Assembly: GCA_002683785.1 (NCBI GenBank)
Contig: NYUB01000088.1
Location: forward strand, 5,160-61,339
Direction: 5' to 3'
Length of the DNA: 56,180 bases
Source: Deltaproteobacteria bacterium
GTDB taxonomy: Bacteria; SAR324; NAC60-12
Under the pieces are notes generated by a model. That model worked only from the letters and a program-made list of their open reading frames with translations, did not search any database and was not told where the DNA came from. The translations under genes were made by a program, and so were the position numbers. Within the stretch, counting starts at the first letter, position 1. Every line of letters begins with the position of its first letter. This document shows positions 10,265 through 18,198 of this stretch, one piece after another.

Positions 10265-11038
10265 ATGAAGATCATTTCTGTCAATCTCAATGGCATCCGC
10301 TCCGCCTGGAAAAAAGGCTTCCTTGAATGGCTGTCTAAAGAAGAAGCAGACATCACCTGTCTCCAGGAAATAAGAATTCAGGAGGATCAGTTGACCGATG
10401 AGATGCTGAACCCTGCAGGTTTGAACAGCCATTACCGCTATGCCCTGAAAAAGGGCTATGCCGGAGTAGGGGTCTTTTCCCAAAAAAAACCGGACAGTGT
10501 GATCAGGGAATTCGGCCGGCCTGAAATCGATGACGAGGGACGGTTCTTACAGGCTGATTTCGGCAAGCTGAGCATTGTTTCCCTTTACCTTCCTTCAGGC
10601 AGTAGTGGAGATGTACGTCAACAGTTCAAATACGGTGTGATGGGTTTTTTTGAAAAGTGGCTTGAGGAGCGCCGACAAGATGGAAGGGAATACATCATTT
10701 GCGGAGACTGGAACATTGCCCATAAACAAATCGACATCAAAAACTGGAGAGGCAACCAGAAAAATTCAGGGTTTCTTCCTGAAGAACGTCAATGGATGAC
10801 GAAGGTTTTTGATGATTTGGGTTATGTTGACGTGTTCCGTAAGCTCAACAGCGAAGAGGAACAATATACTTGGTGGTCTAACCGAGGGCAGGCCTGGGCC
10901 AAGAATGTGGGGTGGCGTATCGATTACCAGGTGGCTTCTCCTGGTATTGCCAGCAAAGCCCATAGTACCTCAATCTTCAAGAATCAGCGTTTTTCGGATC
11001 ATGCTCCACTGATTGTGGAGTACAATGAAGAGATTTAA
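10265..11038 (+). CDS. xth: Exodeoxyribonuclease III / AP endonuclease
   Basis: SVNLNGIRS, CLQE, GDWNIAH, YTWW, GWRIDY and SDHAP motifs. Confidence 0.95.
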   Translation: MKIISVNLNGIRSAWKKGFLEWLSKEEADITCLQEIRIQEDQLTDEMLNPAGLNSHYRYALKKGYAGVGVFSQKKPDSVIREFGRPEIDDEGRFLQADFGKLSIVSLYLPSGSSGDVRQQFKYGVMGFFEKWLEERRQDGREYIICGDWNIAHKQIDIKNWRGNQKNSGFLPEERQWMTKVFDDLGYVDVFRKLNSEEEQYTWWSNRGQAWAKNVGWRIDYQVASPGIASKAHSTSIFKNQRFSDHAPLIVEYNEEI

Positions 11039-11080
11039 AACTTTTCTTGCAGAGGAGATGGCAATACCAATTGAAATCCC

Positions 11081-11530
11081 CTATCCCCCGAGTTTAAAGA
11101 CACGGGTGAAGACTTTTCGCAGAAAATCCGCATCCTGAACCCCCGTCAGTTTGTGAATCCGGGACCCGTCAGGTTTGAAAAAAAGGAGGGTTACCTTATC
11201 ACTGTTGTTCATTTCTGCAAAGATCCTTCCCTCCTGGGTCGCGAGATTTGCCACCAAAAAAGTGACTCTGTCTTTGAATTCGGTTTCGAGCGAGTTGACC
11301 ACCCGCTTCAGTTCACGACAGGAGCCTCAGCCAGGGTCATGGATTTGAACCACAACGTTTGTTCCCTGACCAATCAATGAAAGGTCATGATTCTCACTGG
11401 AGCTTTCCCAGAAGAGCCAAACTGCAATGACCAAAACCAGGATGCTGGTGATGGTACTGAGCCAGCGAACCTGTTCTCTTCTGCGGATTTTCACACTTTT
11501 TTTTCTTTGATCTTTTGATGTTTTGCTCAT
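11081..11530 (-). CDS. Membrane-anchored thioredoxin-like selenoprotein (Sec68, UGSC motif)
   Basis: The two track ORFs 11327-11584 and 11081-11302 are in frame and joined by TGA at 11329-11327: ...VVVQIHDPG-U-GSCRELKRVVN...; GAGG RBS before ATG 11530; hairpin downstream. Confidence 0.85.
11289..11307 (-). promoter_or_regulatory. Putative bacterial SECIS element
   Basis: AGCGGGT-GGTCA-ACTCGCT: 7-bp stem with one G-U pair and a GG-starting loop, 26 nt after the UGA. Confidence 0.65.
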
Positions 11531-11672
11531 CCGAATCCTCTTATTTAGTTCATCCATTAAAGCATGAAGCATTTCATGATTCAAATCCTCACCTTGAGGT
11601 TCTCCCTTGAAGCGGCCCTTTGGAAAAAATATCTGGGTTGGATGATGTGAAACTTCCTGTTAGATTAATCCC

Positions 11673-12137
11673 ATGAAAGAAGAAAATCCTCAGACTGATT
11701 TGAATGAAATCAATACAGAATTCAGAACCATCGACGGTTGGCCAACCTGGTTGGAAATCCGCAGGGGGGTACTGGTGCTTTTGCTGGTGTTGGCTCCCGC
11801 AGTCATTCTGAGTACAAATCTTCCTAGCTGGATTCAAAGCTATCATATCACCGGAGAAGCTCTCTGGGGCCTGAAGCGTAAAGGAATGCCGGATGAAGTG
11901 ATTCAACCGATGCTCAAGATGAGAGGTCCTACCTATTTCTTTAAAAGCAGTCTACTTGAAGAAGTTGAAAAAAACATTCCACCCGAGTTTTTCAAAAAGT
12001 ATCATAAAAATATCAAACACTCATTGACTGCTATTCCCGTAGAAAATTCACGATACTTCTTCCTTCCCGTCCTGATCCTCTTCTATGGGGTCGTCTGGTG
12101 GTTCATCCGGCCCTATGAATCCAGGGGGTGGTTCTAA
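11673..12137 (+). CDS. Hypothetical membrane protein (two TM segments)
   Basis: Hydrophobic segments near both ends; 3' end overlaps scpB on the opposite strand. Confidence 0.6.
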   Translation: MKEENPQTDLNEINTEFRTIDGWPTWLEIRRGVLVLLLVLAPAVILSTNLPSWIQSYHITGEALWGLKRKGMPDEVIQPMLKMRGPTYFFKSSLLEEVEKNIPPEFFKKYHKNIKHSLTAIPVENSRYFFLPVLILFYGVVWWFIRPYESRGWF

Positions 12138-12725
12138 TCCAGGAATTTCAGGGCCGTCCTGGTCTTCTTCAAGTGGAATTTCCAACTGTTCTGATGCGGA
12201 TTCTTCCTTTTCCAGTTCTGCAAGAGCAGGCAGATGTTTCAGATGGGTTAATCCAAAGATTTCCAGAAAATACTTGGTTGTCCCAAAAAGGCTTGGGCGT
12301 CCGGGAACCATTTCCCTTCCGACGATCCGGATCAGTTTCTGTTGGATGAGACGTCGAACCGTGTGGGAAGAATCAACTCCACGGATGAACTCGATGCCAG
12401 CCCGAGTCACAGGTTGTTTATAGGCAATGATGGACAGAGTTTCCATGGTCGCCATTGAAAGCTTGATGGTCTTGACGGTTTCCAGCTTTTGAACCCACCT
12501 GCCATATTCCGTCATCGTTCTCATTTGAAATCCGTCTCCTACGGCTTCGATGCGGAATACCCGTCCAGTTTTTTCAAATTCCTTGTTCAGTTTTTTGATG
12601 GCCTCCCGGATATCCTTGCTGGAAAAACGATCTCCACTCAATTCAACGATTTTCCTGGGCGGAAGAGGTTTTGGAGTGGTGAAGAGGATCGTCTCGACGG
12701 CCTGAAGTAGTTCTTTATCGCTCAT
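12048..12725 (-). CDS. scpB: SMC-Scp complex subunit ScpB
   Basis: VETILF, METLSIIAYKQPVTRAGIEFIRGVDS and PGRPSLFGTTKYFLEIFGL motifs. Confidence 0.95.
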   Translation of the reverse strand: MSDKELLQAVETILFTTPKPLPPRKIVELSGDRFSSKDIREAIKKLNKEFEKTGRVFRIEAVGDGFQMRTMTEYGRWVQKLETVKTIKLSMATMETLSIIAYKQPVTRAGIEFIRGVDSSHTVRRLIQQKLIRIVGREMVPGRPSLFGTTKYFLEIFGLTHLKHLPALAELEKEESASEQLEIPLEEDQDGPEIPGLEPPPGFIGPDEPPDDPIEEDQDGKEEVS

Positions 12726-13002
12726 GGAAATATATCAAATCCGAAAACAAATGCAGGTTGCCGCAAACTAACCCGACCTGGAGGATTAATAAAGCCCTTT
12801 GTCCATGTTCCAACATGGAAAACCTGAACTTTTCCAAGACCAGCATCAGTAAAGATCTGGTGAAATGGATCAAGCTGACTTAAGATGTTGGGTTTTAAAA
12901 GAGAAAAATCTATGATTTTTCAATGTTCTTCAGGTTTGCATCCTGTTGAAGTTTAAATTTTGGATCTTCATTCTGAGCAGGAAAACCAGAAACTTTCTTA
13001 GC

Positions 13003-14220
13003 ATGCAAAGATCATTCATGAGGGATCAGGCAGAGAAGACGGACACCAGGATCGTTCATGCAGGCAGGGATTCTGATGCTTATGGAGGCGGTGTTAATCC
13101 ACCGGTTCATCATCTGTCTACGGTCATTTATCCAAGTGTCGAAAAACTGGTAACACGTTATGACAACATCACTCCGGATTCTCGGGTGATGACGTATGGA
13201 ACGAAAGGATCTCCGACCAGTTTTGCCCTTGAAGATGCGGTTGCGGAACTCGAAGGAGGCTTCCGAAGTATTTCCTTTCATTCTGGCCTGGCAGCTGTGG
13301 CAGGGGCTCTGATGGCATTTCTCAAAGCTGGCGACCATCTTCTGATGACCGACAGTGTCTATTTCCCCACCCGGGAGTTCTGTGATTCGATTCTCAAACG
13401 TTTTGGTGTAGAAATAACCTATTACCCTCCCTGTATAGGTTCGGACATTGAAAACATGATCCGGAAAAACACCAGGGTCATCTACACCGAATCACCGGGG
13501 TCACACACCTTTGAAGTGCAGGACATACCAGCCATTTCCAAGGTTGCACATCTGCATCAGATAAAGTTGTTGATGGACAACACCTGGGCTTCACCGGTTT
13601 TTTTCAAACCTTTTGCACATGGAGTGGATGTCTCCATCCAGGCGGCCACCAAATACATCAATGGCCATTCTGATGTCATGCTGGGTCTGGTCACTACCAC
13701 CCGTGAAGACTGGGAACAACTCCGGAATTGTACCTGGCAACTGGGCCAGTGCAGTGGGCCGGATGATCTGTATCTGACTCAACGCGGGCTTCGCACTTTG
13801 GGTGTTCGCATGAAGCAACATCAAAACAACGGGCTCCAGGTGGCCGAATGGCTCAAAAGTCGTCCGGAAGTAAGGAAGGTGCTTCATCCTGCACTTCCCG
13901 ATGACCCGGGGCATGCGCTTTGGAAACGTGATTTTCACGGGGCCGGCGGGCTTTTCGGGATTGAACTTGAACCCTTTGCCCCATCTATGGTGCAGGCCAT
14001 GCTGAATCGTCTTAAACTCTTCGGAATGGGATTTTCCTGGGGGGGCTACGAAAGCCTTATCGTACCATCGGATGTACAAAAAGACCGCCTTTCCGGAAGT
14101 TGGCATTTTGAAGGTCCTCTCTTGCGTTTGAGTGTTGGACTCGAAGATCCGGAAGATTTGATTCAGGACCTGGAACAGGGATTGTGTGAACTTGCCCCTC
14201 AAGCGGGTTCACCTTCCTAA
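13003..14220 (+). CDS. metC: Cystathionine beta-lyase (start uncertain, 13003 or 13018)
   Basis: VNPPVHHLST, ESPGSHTFEVQD, DNTWAS, ATKYINGHSD (PLP Lys) and FSWGGYESL motifs. Confidence 0.9.
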   Translation: MQRSFMRDQAEKTDTRIVHAGRDSDAYGGGVNPPVHHLSTVIYPSVEKLVTRYDNITPDSRVMTYGTKGSPTSFALEDAVAELEGGFRSISFHSGLAAVAGALMAFLKAGDHLLMTDSVYFPTREFCDSILKRFGVEITYYPPCIGSDIENMIRKNTRVIYTESPGSHTFEVQDIPAISKVAHLHQIKLLMDNTWASPVFFKPFAHGVDVSIQAATKYINGHSDVMLGLVTTTREDWEQLRNCTWQLGQCSGPDDLYLTQRGLRTLGVRMKQHQNNGLQVAEWLKSRPEVRKVLHPALPDDPGHALWKRDFHGAGGLFGIELEPFAPSMVQAMLNRLKLFGMGFSWGGYESLIVPSDVQKDRLSGSWHFEGPLLRLSVGLEDPEDLIQDLEQGLCELAPQAGSPS

Positions 14221-14265
14221 CTGTATAGATCAGTCCCTAAAACTCGGGGATGGACGGAGGAAAAC

Positions 14266-15246
14266 TTGAAAAACAAGAATACAGATCCTTCTGAAAAAAT
14301 GGAAATCCTGATTGCGGAGGAAAACCAGGAAGCTTGTTCTGCATTGGCAGAAGTTCTGAAAAGCTGCGGACATCTGTTGAAGGTGGCACAGGACGGAGAA
14401 GAAGCACTGACTGTTTTCAGAGAGACACGTCCTGATCTGCTCTTCAGCGGGTTGACACTCCCGAAACTTGGAGGGATGGAACTTTTGAGGGAAGTGCAGT
14501 CTGATCCACGGGAAATGCTTTTTGTGATGATTTGTCCGATGAGTGATCCTGAAAAGATTCAGCAGGCTCTAAAAAAGGGGGCAGCAGATTTCTTGACCAG
14601 GCCGATTCAGGAACGGGAAGTGTTGCGTACCCTCGACCGGCTTCAAAGTTTAAAGAAAGGATTTGTCTCCTGTCCCTTAGATTCGAGCGATCCGTCGAAT
14701 TCTGAATCGGTCGATTTTTCGATTCATCCCACAGACCCGAAGGCAGGACTGGTCGAGGAATCTAAAACTCTGGAAATCAAAAATGACTTCGAAAGTGTCC
14801 ATTCCCTTGTCAACTACCTGAACCAGGATCTGATGAGATACGGATTGGTGGAAGATGAGGAACTACTAACGATCAATACCCTGCTGGCAGAGGCACTGGA
14901 AAATGCAATTTTTCACGGCAACCTTGAACTGCCGAAAGAGTTGCGTTTGGAAAACCCTCAACTGTTTTACGAGACCGCAAAACAGAAATCAGGAATGGAG
15001 CCGTATCAAAACCGACGTGTTCTGATTCAGCATGCAATCAGTCGGAATTCTTTCAAATACATCATTCGAGATGAAGGCAAGGGTTTTGAACATACTGAAA
15101 TTCCTGACCCCACGGATCCCCAGAATCTTTTCCAGCTTCAAGGTCGGGGACTGCTGATGATTTCCCTTTTTATGGATGAAATGTTCTGGAATGAACGGGG
15201 TAATGAAATCACCATGATCCGTTACAAGAAACGAAAAAGCTGTTGA
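14266..15246 (+). CDS. Atypical receiver domain fused to an RsbW-like HATPase (anti-sigma/Ser kinase-type) domain
   Basis: N-terminal REC-like fold; C-terminal EALENAIFHGN, IRDEGKGF and GRGLLMISLFMDE motifs; GGAGG RBS before TTG. Confidence 0.8.
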   Translation: MKNKNTDPSEKMEILIAEENQEACSALAEVLKSCGHLLKVAQDGEEALTVFRETRPDLLFSGLTLPKLGGMELLREVQSDPREMLFVMICPMSDPEKIQQALKKGAADFLTRPIQEREVLRTLDRLQSLKKGFVSCPLDSSDPSNSESVDFSIHPTDPKAGLVEESKTLEIKNDFESVHSLVNYLNQDLMRYGLVEDEELLTINTLLAEALENAIFHGNLELPKELRLENPQLFYETAKQKSGMEPYQNRRVLIQHAISRNSFKYIIRDEGKGFEHTEIPDPTDPQNLFQLQGRGLLMISLFMDEMFWNERGNEITMIRYKKRKSC

Positions 15247-15302
15247 TGAAAATAAATCTTTTCTTCCTTGAAGCAAATCCTTTTCCCAGCATCCAAAGGG
15301 CC

Positions 15303-16046
15303 ATGTTCTTTCGACTCATTGTCGGGGTGTTTTTCCCCTTCTTCCTTCAGAGTTGCGGTGATGAGGCCAAGAAGATCAGAGTTCCTGCAGTGGAACTTTA
15401 TCATGAGGCTTTTGTGGCCTACGAGGACGAATATTATCAGGAAGCTGAAAAGAAATTTCAGGTCCTTGTCGAAGAGCATCCGAACACTCAACTTGCCACC
15501 CTGGCTTACCTCAAAATGGGGGATCTCAACTTTAAGCGCAGCAAATGGGAAGATGCGGAGGTCAACTATCGGATGTTTCTAACACTCAATCCACAAAGCC
15601 ATCTGACTCCTTATGTCTTAAACCGGCTCATCGGACTTAATTTTGAAAAAAATTATTATGGTATTTTTTTCCCTTCACGGAATTTCGACCGTAATATGGA
15701 ACCGAACCGGATTATTTTGAAGGAGTACCGTCGGTTTTATCTGCTTTATCCCCAAAGTCCTTACCTTGAAGAAATCCGGGAATACCAGCATAAAGCACGG
15801 GCAGAACTCGCTGAACATGAATTTCTTGTAGGAAATTTCTATTTCCGTGGAAAACTCTTCACATCGGCAGCAGAACGCTACCTTTATCTGCTCCAGCATT
15901 ACCCTGAATTTCCAAGAACGGAGGAAGTCGCACGGAAGCTGATTGAGGCCTACCGGCTCAATGGAGAGCCTATATTGGCTCAAGAAATGGAGGAAGTTTT
16001 GTCATCTTTCCTGGAAAGGCAATCATCAGCCTCTGGAAAATCATGA
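15303..16046 (+). CDS. bamD: Outer membrane protein assembly lipoprotein BamD
   Basis: Lipobox-like LQSC, TPR repeats, YPQSPY and LAEHEFLVGNFY motifs. Confidence 0.85.
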   Translation: MFFRLIVGVFFPFFLQSCGDEAKKIRVPAVELYHEAFVAYEDEYYQEAEKKFQVLVEEHPNTQLATLAYLKMGDLNFKRSKWEDAEVNYRMFLTLNPQSHLTPYVLNRLIGLNFEKNYYGIFFPSRNFDRNMEPNRIILKEYRRFYLLYPQSPYLEEIREYQHKARAELAEHEFLVGNFYFRGKLFTSAAERYLYLLQHYPEFPRTEEVARKLIEAYRLNGEPILAQEMEEVLSSFLERQSSASGKS

Positions 16047-17290
16047 TTTTCCGGATGCACGGATCAAGGGAGGTTTTTTTGACTGAAGAACAGGACATGA
16101 TTTATTCTTTTCAGAAAGGATATTGGCTGAAAGGGGTTCTGGTACTTTTAATCATTGTCCTGGTGAATGGATGTGCTGCCCTCCAGCTTTCGAGGGATCC
16201 CGAGGAAGGGGAATCCACACAACAGACCCAGGAGATCTTGGTTGCAGAAAATCAACAGGAACTGGAACATCTGATCCAGGAAAATGCCAACCTCCGTGAA
16301 AGTCTTGGAAGGCTTGAACAGGATCTGAAAGAACTGAATAAGCGGATCAAACAGCAAAAGCAGGACTTTTCCATGGTCCAGGAACAATGGGAGACCAATT
16401 TCGCTCTGTTGGAACGTTCAGTTGGTTCGACTCTGGAAGAGCTTGAAAAAAAAGCAGCTCAGCGAAGAGAAATGACTCCTGTCGTGATCGGTCAGGATGC
16501 TGGAAATTTAGAGGATCTCTCTGCTGCAGAGGCCGAAAATGTGGAAGAAATTCCTCTTCCTGTGATCGTAACCTATTCCCTGAAACAGGATAATTCAGAG
16601 CGCGAAATCCTAACTCAGGAAGAGGGGCAGAGCCTGAATAATCTGGAACAGATCCGAGATGTCCCGGAAGACGAGGAGCCGGGTTTTGTCGAGTCTGTGG
16701 AGTTGAGACCGGAGGACCTGGAAGATCCGATTCCTTTGGAAGATGCAGCGGAAACCGCAATTCAAGTTGCGGCCAATTTGAGCTCGTCCAAATCCAGGGC
16801 ACAACAGACTCAGGCCAATGTAACAGAACCCCAGGAGCAGGAATTTGAAGACCCGGACCTTTCTGAACCTGAAAATCCTGTCATCCTCATCCGTCACCCC
16901 GGGGTGAAAAAAATCTACAATCAGGGCATGAACGAGGTTATTCAGCGTAAACATGAAAAAGCCATCCGAATCTTTGAAAACTATGTCGAAAGATTCCCAG
17001 AAGACCTGGACAGTGATAATGCCCTCTACTGGATCGGGCATTCGTATTTTCAACTGAAACAGAACCAGAATGCAGAGCGCGCTTTTCGGAAAATTCTGAC
17101 ACGTTATGTGCACCGCCCTACCAGTCAGGGTTACAAGACTCCGGATGCGATCTACATGTTGGGCAAGATTTCAGAAAGACGTAGTGATCTTGTTGCAGCA
17201 GATTACTATTACCGTACGGTCATTGCGCGTTACCCGGGTTCCGTTGCTGCAAAAAACGCAACACGTGATCTTGGACGCCTGTCTCAGTAA
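16043..17290 (+). CDS. cpoB: CpoB/YbgF-like Tol-Pal TPR lipoprotein with a long acidic linker (start may be 16097)
   Basis: VNGC lipobox, coiled coil, C-terminal TPRs (DNALYWIG, KTPDAIYMLG, YPGS). Confidence 0.7.
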   Translation: MIFRMHGSREVFLTEEQDMIYSFQKGYWLKGVLVLLIIVLVNGCAALQLSRDPEEGESTQQTQEILVAENQQELEHLIQENANLRESLGRLEQDLKELNKRIKQQKQDFSMVQEQWETNFALLERSVGSTLEELEKKAAQRREMTPVVIGQDAGNLEDLSAAEAENVEEIPLPVIVTYSLKQDNSEREILTQEEGQSLNNLEQIRDVPEDEEPGFVESVELRPEDLEDPIPLEDAAETAIQVAANLSSSKSRAQQTQANVTEPQEQEFEDPDLSEPENPVILIRHPGVKKIYNQGMNEVIQRKHEKAIRIFENYVERFPEDLDSDNALYWIGHSYFQLKQNQNAERAFRKILTRYVHRPTSQGYKTPDAIYMLGKISERRSDLVAADYYYRTVIARYPGSVAAKNATRDLGRLSQ

Positions 17291-17541
17291 AGCAGGAAAG
17301 ACCTGAGGATCTCGATTCCCATCAAGGCGGCAACAATGGAAATGTCGAATCCTGCAATCGGTGGAAGGACTTTGCGCAGAGGATTCAGCACAGGTTCCAC
17401 CATGCTCTCTAAAAAACGGAACACAGGATGTCTGGGGTCTGCAATGACCCAACTGAGCAGAGCATAGATGACGAGCATCAGGCTGAAAAGCCTGAGCAGT
17501 GTTGCAAGCACATGGACGAGGGAGTCACCGTACGATTCCAT
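17284..17541 (-). CDS. yggT: YggT family membrane protein
   Basis: ALLSWV...EPVLNPLRKVLPPIAGFDIS. Confidence 0.9.
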   Translation of the reverse strand: MESYGDSLVHVLATLLRLFSLMLVIYALLSWVIADPRHPVFRFLESMVEPVLNPLRKVLPPIAGFDISIVAALMGIEILRSFLLY

Positions 17542-17673
17542 AACTCGTTAGGATGAAATTAAACTGGCAGCAAGAGTTTGTTGAGTCTTCTATAGGACTT
17601 GGAAAGATTTGAAATGGATTCTTTATTTTGACATTATCCCGATAAAAATCAATCACCTCTATTAGGAATACCC

Positions 17674-18111
17674 ATGATTACAGAAGGAAGCTCAGCTCCA
17701 GATTTCAGTCTCCCTGATCAGGATGGCGTTCAAAGGACACTCAAAGACTTTGCAGGGAAATGGCTTCTACTGTTCTTTTATCCCAAAGACGACACCCCTG
17801 GTTGAACGATTGAAGCCAGGGCTTTCGGCGAAAGCCTGCAAAAGTTTGAGGAAATGGGTGCTGTTGTTTTTGGAGTGAGTCAGGACAGTGTAACGAGCCA
17901 CAAGAAATTCAGGGACAAATATGGATTCCCCATAAACCTGTTAGCTGATCCGGAAAGAGAGATGTCTGGAGAATATGAAAGCATTAAAAAACGAAAAAGC
18001 TTCCTCATTGATCCTCAGGGAAACCTCATAAAAATCTACCCCAAAGTAAAACCAGCGGATCATGCCAAGGAGGTGATTGAAGATCTTGTCCGGATTCAAG
18101 CCGAATCCTAG
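17674..18111 (+). CDS. bcp: BCP/PrxQ peroxiredoxin selenoprotein (peroxidatic Sec44)
   Basis: ATG 17674 MITEGSSAPDFSLPDQDG...FYPKDDTPG-U-TIEA continues in frame into track ORF 17854-18111; TGA 17803-17805 sits exactly at the PxxxTxxC Cys position. Confidence 0.92.
17817..17838 (+). promoter_or_regulatory. Putative bacterial SECIS element
   Basis: CAGGGCTTTC-GGC-GAAAGCCTG: 9-bp stem with one bulged G and a G-starting loop, 21 nt after the UGA. Confidence 0.7.
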
Positions 18112-18198
18112 TGAGGGGAAAATTTCTGAACGGTTTTTGGATTGTTGTAAATATCCGACTAATAAACCAAAACTCTCCATGTTGAGCATGAGGCAAAA

